32,000 nt of DNA from the NCBI RefSeq assembly GCF_000253055.1, contig NC_016070.1:300001-332000 (forward strand). Direction: 5' to 3'. The notes below the pieces were generated by a model, which was not told the DNA's origin, ran no database searches, and was given only the letters and a program-made list of their open reading frames with translations. Made by a program: the position numbers and the translations under genes. The DNA is from Thermoproteus tenax Kra 1 (GTDB lineage Archaea; Thermoproteota; Thermoprotei; Thermoproteales; Thermoproteaceae). Of this stretch, positions 17,075 to 23,407 are shown piece by piece (the first letter of the stretch is position 1; each line of letters starts with the position of its first letter).

Positions 17075-17508
17075 GTGGAAATCAAAAGATAGTAGAAACT
17101 GTACTTTAGGAATAATATACTCGTCAAGTATCTTGTAATACAGTGGAAATCAAAAGATAGTAGAAACTTGCCCTTCAGAAGGTCGCCCTCCTTTACGTTG
17201 CAACCCCAAGTGGAAATCAAAAGATAGTAGAAACATTAGACGTTGTAGCACTAACGCCTCTTTCACAACATTTATAGTGGAAATCAAAAGATAGTAGAAA
17301 CGCCGGGCATGTGAGCCCCCGTTCGATGTGCTCATAAGTCTGCGTGGAAATCAAAAGATAGTAGAAACGATCAAAAAAGGAGGTGGACGTTCAACGTCCT
17401 CTGCACGTACCTAGGTGGAAATCAAAAGATATGTAGAAACATACACATCGGCACCCCATGCTATGTATTTTTCTCGCGTGGTAGTGGAAATCAAAATATA
17501 GTAGAAAC
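17075..17508 (+). CRISPR. CRISPR array with 7 repeats and 6 spacers; consensus GTGGAAATCAAAAGATAGTAGAAAC (25 nt)
   Basis: Repeats lie at 17075-17099, 17143-17167, 17210-17234, 17277-17301, 17344-17368, 17415-17440 and 17484-17508. The sixth has a 1-nt insertion (GATAtGTAG) and the seventh a G-to-T change (AAAATATAG). Spacer lengths are 43, 42, 42, 42, 46 and 43 nt, and all spacers are unique. Orientation is called from the ...GAAAC 3' end typical of crenarchaeal I-A/III repeats and from the decay polarity. Confidence 0.95.
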
Positions 17509-17557
17509 AGATTTCCGCATCAACACAAAATAGAAACAGAAACCCCTATATTGCCGG

Positions 17558-18143
17558 CTAAGCGCGGCGCCGGATATATTTCAGGAGCGTTCTCCCCGCC
17601 TCCGTGAGTCCGGCGTCGTTTAAAAGTCCGTGTTCTGCAAATTCCCTGAGAATCCTTCTGTCGTACCGCCCGAGGTCCTCTAGAGGGCCTTTGGCCAGCT
17701 CCCTCCTCCTGGCGCTCGCGTTGGAGCGCGTGAGCTCGTTGACGTAGAGTATCGGCATTATCTGGGCTATCCTCTCGGCGTGCTCCGCCATAGGCCTCTA
17801 TCTCCGCGTCCCACAGTCTGACCGCCAGCAGCGCGGCGGTGTAGAGGCAGAGGCCCCTCGCCCCTCCGCCTATGTCGAGGCAGTACTCGCCGCCTCTTTC
17901 GCTGAACAGCTCGGCGGCGTCGCCGACGCGCCTCCAGAAGTCCTCGGGGTTCAGGTAGGCCTCCTCCAGCGCCGCTCCTCGCGTAGAGCCGCACCTCTCC
18001 CACGGCGTTTTTCGTCCTTCCCGGTCCACTGTGACCAAGACGATTTTGTTTGTGATGTTGGTAGTGGGAGGATGGGGACCGGTGAGGTTCGTCGAGAACC
18101 TTCTTTCCTCGCAACGCTCTGGGCGGGCGCCGAACCGCCTCAC
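17558..18143 (-). pseudogene. Csa3-like CRISPR-associated regulator (CARF-like N-domain plus wHTH), apparently split by at least one frameshift
   Basis: One frame (track ORF 17520-18143) gives KIVLVTVDREGRK...ALEEAYLNPEDFWRRVGDAAELFSERGGEYCLDIGGGARGLCLYTAALLAVRLWDAEIEAY. This resembles the Csa3 CARF core, with DxxGGxR followed by a hydrophobic helix. The adjacent frame (track ORF 17558-17791) continues MAEHAERIAQIMPILYVNELTRSNASARRRELAKGPLEDLGRYDRRILREFAEHGLLNDAGLTEAGRTLLKYI, which is wHTH-like. The assignment rests on my recollection of Sulfolobus Csa3 and on the position next to the array. Confidence 0.4.
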
Positions 18144-18278
18144 GGCGTCCCCTTGCGCCGGTGAAAATCTTTTGATCTGGAGAGGGAGCTGGAGGGGGGT
18201 CAGGGCAGGGGGTTCTACATCCTCGCGAGTAAGGAGGCCGGCCGCTTCGCTGGAGGATGTGGAGCGCCTCGTGGAGAT

Positions 18279-18719
18279 CTAGGCCAGCTCCGGCGTTAGA
18301 TACCACTTTATCCTCCAGGGCGGCCCGGCAAGGCAGAGGGCCGCTGAGTAGCGGAACTCCACGACGTCCGCCCCCAGGAGGAGGGCTGCGAGGCGGGCCA
18401 GGTGGGGGAGGTGGCCCACTATCATCGCGTCCTCGGCCATGGCGTTTATACGCTGCGCCCAGGGGGCCGGGTCGTCGTTGGGGCTCAGGCCCTGCGCCTC
18501 CTCAACTTTCGCCGGCCTGAGGGCCTCGGCAAAGATCTCCGCCGTCTGCCTCGCCCTCTTCTTCCCGCTGTGGTATATCGCAGCGATCCTCACGCCGGCT
18601 CTCGCCAGCGCCGCGGCCACTCTCCTGGCCTCCTCGGCCCCCTCGGGCGTCAGACTCCTCTCGGGGTCCACGGCCTCGGGGTAGGACTTCCCGTGTTGGA
18701 CCAGACAGACGAGGGGCAT
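18279..18719 (-). CDS. SixA-like histidine phosphatase-family protein
   Basis: MPLVCLVQHGKS...LTPEGAEEARRVAAAL...IYHSGKKRARQTAEI...IVGHLPHL parallels E. coli SixA (IMRHGDA...LT..G...SP..RA.QT...ISHLP), except that QHG replaces RHG. Confidence 0.6.
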   Translation of the reverse strand: MPLVCLVQHGKSYPEAVDPERSLTPEGAEEARRVAAALARAGVRIAAIYHSGKKRARQTAEIFAEALRPAKVEEAQGLSPNDDPAPWAQRINAMAEDAMIVGHLPHLARLAALLLGADVVEFRYSAALCLAGPPWRIKWYLTPELA

Positions 18720-18926
18720 ATAACTTCGGGCGCCGCTATTTAATTCTTTTCGGCGGCTTGCACAGAGGGTTTATGGACGCGCGGCCGGAGGCCGGCGCCC
18801 CTCGCGGCTGTCGCGCCCCCCGTCTTCCACAGCGCCGCTCCGCGCCCGAGGTCTGTCCCTCGCCCTCCACGCGATCCCGCCTCCCGGGCTGGGAGCCTTG
18901 GGCCGTGGACTGCCGCGCGCGTATAG

Positions 18927-19511
18927 CTAGGCCCGCCCCGCCTTCACGAGCTCCATCAAAAGGCGCTGTATCTCGAGCAGAGTCTTCTGCACGTCGTCGA
19001 TACGGGCGCTCAGGGCGTCCATCCTCTTGGTCAGCTCGGTAGTAACGGCGTCGATCCGTTTGTTCGTCTCATCGATCCTCTGGCTCACGGCCTCAATCCT
19101 CTTGGACAGCTCTGTGGCTATTGCGTCGATGCGCTTGTTTGTCTCGTCGATCTTCGCGCTCAGGCTCACAGTTACGGCATCTATACGCTTGTTGGTCTCA
19201 TCGATCCGTTTGTTCATATCGTCGATCCTCTTGTTGGTCTCGTCTATCCTCTGGCTCAGATTCGCAACCACGGCGTCTATCCTCTTGTTCGTCTCGTCGA
19301 TCCTCCTGTTCAGGCTTTCGGCCAGCGCGTCCACCCTCTGCTCCAGCCGCGCCACCTCCTGCCTCAGGTCGCGGAGCTCGGCCGTAATAGTGCCCAGATA
19401 TAACAAGAAGATGTCCTCCGTGGAGAGCTTCTTGCCCTCCCTGAGCTTCTCCACCACCTTGTCCACGGCCACTCTGAGGGCCTCCTGCGCGATAGGCGCG
19501 ATGGAGTCCAC
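18927..19511 (-). CDS. Coiled-coil protein with RIDETNK-type tandem repeats (DUF1640-like architecture)
   Basis: The central two-thirds consist of RIDETNKRIDAV-xxxLSx units. TATA-like CTTTATATTCC lies about 25-30 nt upstream (19531-19540). Confidence 0.75.
   Translation of the reverse strand: MDSIAPIAQEALRVAVDKVVEKLREGKKLSTEDIFLLYLGTITAELRDLRQEVARLEQRVDALAESLNRRIDETNKRIDAVVANLSQRIDETNKRIDDMNKRIDETNKRIDAVTVSLSAKIDETNKRIDAIATELSKRIEAVSQRIDETNKRIDAVTTELTKRMDALSARIDDVQKTLLEIQRLLMELVKAGRA
18990..19340 (-). repeat. In-frame degenerate tandem repeat encoding the (R/K)IDETNKRID(A/D)V... units
   Basis: The motif gtctcatcgat / gtctcgtcgat with spacing in multiples of 21 nt recurs along 19030-19300 on the plus strand. 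At least seven RID(E/A/D) heptad-type units appear in the protein. Confidence 0.8.
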
Positions 19512-19963
19512 GTCAAGCCCCCCTCTCCGGAATATAAAGATGACGCTGCTGAGGTAGAGATGCCTCTGTGAGCCATCGCGGGGCGCCGCCGCTCTATTAT
19601 GGCCCTCTCCCCGCCCTGAGGGGCGAGGCTTTCGGTTGTAATCCTCGGCTCCACGGACGAACGTTTGCCCCTAGGCGGCCAGTAGGGGTAGCCGAGAGCC
19701 TCCTCCTCGCCTGCGCCTCGCCGGTATCTAGTACCTCCGGACTTCGTTGGACATAGGGCCTCCTCCGGCCCCCGGTTAGATGGCGGAGGCGTTGCCCCTC
19801 GCTGGTCTAGGCTCCGGCGTGAAAACGCGCCCTCCTCTCGCGAGGGGGGAAGCTGCCCAGGTTCCCTCCGCCGCGGCGCACTGGCGCAGGACAAATCCCC
19901 GTCGGGCCTCCGCCGGACCAGACGGCCGGATCTGCGCAGACGCCTCCGCGCCGTCGGGCCGAC

Positions 19964-20698
19964 CTACGTTTTCCGCGCCTCTATGAGGCATATGCGATCC
20001 AGAGGCGTGGCCGCGCACGCCTTCACCCTCGGAGCCAGCCCGTGCCTGGCCAGTATTTCGGCGGCCTGCCCCACGCCGGTGAGAGTTGAAGCTGTGACGT
20101 AGAACACGCCCCCGGGCCTGAGGACGCGGGCCGCTTGGGCGGCGATCTCCCTTAAGACCTCCAGGCGGCGCCCGGCGCACCAGCTCCTGTCCTCCTCCCC
20201 CCTCGGATCCAGAGGGAGGTAGGGCGGGTTCGCCGCAACTACGTCGTAGGGCGCCGAAGCCAACAGCGCCTCCCTCGTTGGACAGATCGCGACTTTGTGG
20301 GCCACTCCGTTGATCTCCGCGTTGATCTTGGCCGCGGCGAGGGCCAGCGGGCTGACGTCGTAGGCGCACACGGACTCCACCCCTGGGCTTTTGGCCAGAG
20401 CTATGGCTATAGCGCCAGAGCCTGTTCCTAAGTCTGCGGCTCTGCCTCTGGCCTCTATGCGGCTTATGACAAGGGCCGTCGATACGGCGAAGACGGGGTT
20501 GAAGACGCCGCGAGGTACGTAGAGCGCCATGCCTTTGAATCTATACACTCTGGCCGGCAATGCGGCGTGGAGGATGCGGAGGGCGGCTCTGGCCACCTCC
20601 GCGCGTAGCACGCGTCTGTCGGCGGCGGCCTTTATATCGCTTGCGGCGGGACGGAGGTCGGGCCTGCTCCAACCTCTCTTATGTCCCCTCCCGCTCAT
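19964..20698 (-). CDS. SAM-dependent methyltransferase with an NPPY motif (HemK/Mtq2 / MTS small-domain family)
   Basis: Contains FKGMALYVPRGVFNPV...ADLGTGSGAIAIALA...YDVVAANPPYLP. The track ORF extends to 20767. I chose the first ATG (MSGRGHK..., 20698), but the start is uncertain because no clear TATA box is visible. Confidence 0.75.
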   Translation of the reverse strand: MSGRGHKRGWSRPDLRPAASDIKAAADRRVLRAEVARAALRILHAALPARVYRFKGMALYVPRGVFNPVFAVSTALVISRIEARGRAADLGTGSGAIAIALAKSPGVESVCAYDVSPLALAAAKINAEINGVAHKVAICPTREALLASAPYDVVAANPPYLPLDPRGEEDRSWCAGRRLEVLREIAAQAARVLRPGGVFYVTASTLTGVGQAAEILARHGLAPRVKACAATPLDRICLIEARKT

Positions 20699-21025
20699 GC
20701 GGGGGTCTCCTCGCGGGGGCCTCGCCCGTGCTCCCTCGCGGTTGACCCGCCCGACGCCGGGCAGCACGCCTCTATCCCTCTCGGCGCCGGCGTTTTGAAG
20801 CCCGGCCTCGCGGCGTTTAGCGCGACGCCGAGCTTCTGCAGACGTAGAAGCCCTAGGCGGTTCCCCAATCTCAAAAGCTTAGCGGCTCTATCCACATACC
20901 TCCATTTTGAAACCCATTACGCCCGTGTCTTCAAACGCGCCAGAGCCAACCCTCAACGCCTAGAGATACAGAAGCCGCCGAGGCGGCAAGGCCGCCGCCC
21001 CAAAGAGCCCCGGCGCGCCCCGGGA

Positions 21026-21601
21026 CTACCCAACGCCGCCCGCCGGAGGCCCCCCGAGGGCCCCCCTGACCTCCTCCAGAGCCCTCTCCAGCTCCTCCGT
21101 CCACTTGGCCCTCGCCCTTATGGCGCCGACCCTCTCCGCCAGCTCCGAGATCAACAGGACGACGTCTCTCGCCGCCTCCTCCCTAGACGTGTACTTCGAG
21201 AGCGCGGCGTCCGGGTCCGGCCCGTGGTACTGGTAGTCGTGGAGGTCGAGGGCTACGGCCGTATAGGGCGAAACGCCGACATGCCCCACGTCCTCGAGCA
21301 TCTGCGAGAGCCTCTTCATCTTGGCCGTGGGGAGGCGGGGGACGGCCGTGGACTCCAGCCAGCGCCTCTCCTCCTCGCTCCTTGCGGCGGCCTTTAGCTT
21401 TTCCAGCTCTAGCCTCAGGAGGGCCGCCATGTACGCCCTCCACGCCTGGAAGGCCTTGCCGGCCGCATCCCTCACAAGGCCGCGCCGTAGGAACTCCAGC
21501 GCGAGCCCGGCCTCCACGAGGGCCTCGAGGAGACGCGCCGTAATGTACCCCTCGTCGGTGGGCTTAGGAAGAGGCCGTTCCAAAAACTCGGCAGACACCA
21601 C
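21026..21601 (-). CDS. PaREP1/PaREP8-family protein (helical, HEPN/KNTase_C-like clan from memory)
   Basis: Contains FLERPLPKPTDEGYITARLLEALVEAGLALEFLRRGLVRDAAGKAFQAWRAYMAAL...LDLHDYQYHGPDPD..SKY. The start is moved to the GTG at 21601 because an ATATTTTTAAAACCTATTTATC TATA region lies just upstream (21603-21635). The track's upstream extension is Arg/Gly-rich. Confidence 0.7.
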   Translation of the reverse strand: MVSAEFLERPLPKPTDEGYITARLLEALVEAGLALEFLRRGLVRDAAGKAFQAWRAYMAALLRLELEKLKAAARSEEERRWLESTAVPRLPTAKMKRLSQMLEDVGHVGVSPYTAVALDLHDYQYHGPDPDAALSKYTSREEAARDVVLLISELAERVGAIRARAKWTEELERALEEVRGALGGPPAGGVG

Positions 21602-22004
21602 GGAAAGATAAATAGGTTTTAAAAATATAGACCTAGACCGTCTGCAGCCTCTCCCTAGGCGGCGCCTGGGAGCTTCCTCCTTGCCTGTGCCCCCACCGAC
21701 AGCCAAGCTACATCCGGCGGAGCGTCGTTGAGCATGGGGCCGGGGGACGCCTATCGGGGCGCCTCATGGGGTTGCGCCTCGCCGCTGTGCGTCTAAGCCC
21801 TTCGCCTGCGCCGGGGACGCAGAGCCTTCCCAACGATTATGAAGAGGAAAAACAGCCCAAGCTCTCCAGGCAAGTATCATTGGGCGGCAGAGGCATGGCG
21901 CCGGACAAGCCTGCTCAACGACTTACAGCTGGGGGCCTCGACCTGAGGCGGAGATCGATGTGGTCGAAAAAGAGATTTTAATCTGCAACCACATAAAACG
22001 CGTA

Positions 22005-22913
22005 ATGTCCATCGATCGCGACGCTTTGAAGAGGCTGACGTTGGATCTGCTGAGGAGCGATGAAGAGTTTAGGCTAGCTGTCGCCGGCTTGATCGGGCTA
22101 GGCGCGGTCCTGGAGGAGCTTAGGAAGCTGAGGGAGGACTTCAATAGGTTTGCCAAAGATCAGGCGGAGAGGTGGGCGGAAAATAACAGAAGATGGGAGG
22201 AGAACAACAAACGTTGGGAAGAGAACAACAGAAGGTGGGAGGAGGAGGCGAGGAGGTGGGCAGAGGAGATGAAACGCTGGGAGGAGAACAACAGAAGATG
22301 GGAGGAAAATAACAGGAGGTGGGAAGAGAATAGCAAGCGGTGGGAGGAAAACAACAAACGTTGGGAGGAGAACAACAAGCGGTGGGAAGAGGCATATAGA
22401 AGGTTCGAGGCAATAGAGCTAGAACTAAAGAAACTGAGAGAGGACTTCAATAGATTCGTGGAAATAGAGGAGAAGAGGTGGGAGGAGGCTGAGAACAAGT
22501 TTAGGTGGCTCATGGAAGCCCTCGACGACATCCGGAGGGCTTTGGGCGGCGGCTTCGAGTACTACACGGCGAGGGTCGTTGGCCTACTGCTTAGGGAGAG
22601 GGGGGTGGAGTGCGACGTCAGAGTTAACGTGACGTTGCCTATCGACGGCTTTAAGGAGGTGGATCTGATATGCTACGACCCGTTGGTTGTGGGCGAGGTG
22701 ACGGTTGCCGTGAGGAGCATAGAGGAGGCGGAGAGGGAGGTTGGAAAACTGCTCGAGGCGGAGAGGGCGGTTGAGAGGTTCACCGGCCGAAAGACCTACA
22801 TGAGGGTCCTCGCCGTCGAGTTCGCAAGCGAGGACGTGGCCGAGTACCTACGCAGAAAGGCCCAGGAGATGGGCATACTGCTCCTCCTAGGCAGAGAGTA
22901 CGAAAGGCTTTGA
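22005..22913 (+). CDS. Coiled-coil Trp-heptad repeat protein with a C-terminal restriction-endonuclease-fold (PD-(D/E)xK-like, DUF3782-like) domain
   Basis: The start is set to the ATG at 22005 (MSIDRDALKRL...), with TATA-like AGATTTTAATC about 25-30 nt upstream. The N-terminus has LEELRKLREDFNRF, followed by 12 heptads of (K/R)RWEENN. The C-terminus reads GFEYYTARVV...FKEVDLICYDPLVVGEVTVAVRS...RVLAVEF, which fits an E...D...E-x-(K) layout with Thr in place of the usual Lys. Confidence 0.7.
   Translation: MSIDRDALKRLTLDLLRSDEEFRLAVAGLIGLGAVLEELRKLREDFNRFAKDQAERWAENNRRWEENNKRWEENNRRWEEEARRWAEEMKRWEENNRRWEENNRRWEENSKRWEENNKRWEENNKRWEEAYRRFEAIELELKKLREDFNRFVEIEEKRWEEAENKFRWLMEALDDIRRALGGGFEYYTARVVGLLLRERGVECDVRVNVTLPIDGFKEVDLICYDPLVVGEVTVAVRSIEEAEREVGKLLEAERAVERFTGRKTYMRVLAVEFASEDVAEYLRRKAQEMGILLLLGREYERL
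22167..22418 (+). repeat. 12 x 21-nt in-frame tandem repeat encoding the xRWEENN heptads
   Basis: The units were read codon by codon: gag agg tgg gcg gaa aat aac / aga aga tgg gag gag aac aac / aaa cgt tgg gaa gag aac aac ... aga agg ttc gag gca ata gag. Trp (Phe in the last unit) occupies a fixed heptad position. Confidence 0.9.
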
Positions 22914-23407
22914 CGCGCCATAGCACAAGGCTCAGAGCTTCCAATTACCATTGGGCAGTGCCTGGCATCCACAATGGGCTTCAACGGCGAATCTCCACAA
23001 CCGCCCCACGGCGTTTGGCGATCCTCGCGCCTTTCGAGCCGACCGAGACCCCCGTGGCGAATCTCCGTACATTAGGGCGGGGAAAGAGGCGGAGGCCGGA
23101 ATCAAGGCCGGCCGGGCGCAGTAGCGCCAGGCCCTCGTAGAGACTCGGGCGGGTCCCGCCTCAGCCGCCGGCGCCTTAAGGGCGCCCTCTTCGACGTCAA
23201 CGCCCTCGACAGATCTCCTCGGGATCACGGCTACCTCGCCCAGAGGTCCCTCCCCCAATTTTGCCTCCGAACGCCTCGAACCTGGGGCAGGGGATGGATT
23301 CAAGCCGGCGGACGTATTTTTCACGGCGGAGGCGCAGAAGGAGGGGATCGCCTTGGGCAGACGTGGGAAGGCCCCGCGGAAGAACGCCGAGATGCTCCAG
23401 CGGACGC

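Noticed and set aside
19541-19600. AGATGA ... CTGA ... AGATGC ... TGAG as a C/D box sRNA
   Set aside because: The first guide would be only 5 nt long, and the region overlaps the TATA and promoter of the coiled-coil gene.
19634-19644. T-loop-like GGTTGTAATCC suggesting a tRNA
   Set aside because: Only 2 bp of T-stem can form around a 7-nt loop, and no acceptor, D or anticodon arms could be built on either strand.
20866-20880. CAATCTCAAAAGC resembling the start of the GAATCTCAAAAAG... Thermoproteales repeat
   Set aside because: It is a single copy, the match does not extend beyond about 11 nt, and there is no periodicity.
20695-20895. Track ORF 20695-20895 (-), 66 aa, upstream of the methyltransferase
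   Set aside because: I recognise no motif, its composition is Arg/Leu/Gly/Ala/Pro-biased, and no TATA box is visible. It is not supportable from sequence alone.
22976-23056. GGCGAATCTCC repeated at 70-nt spacing as a decayed second CRISPR array, by analogy with the GAATCTC... repeat family
   Set aside because: Similarity stops after 11 nt in both copies. There are only two copies and no further periodic units.
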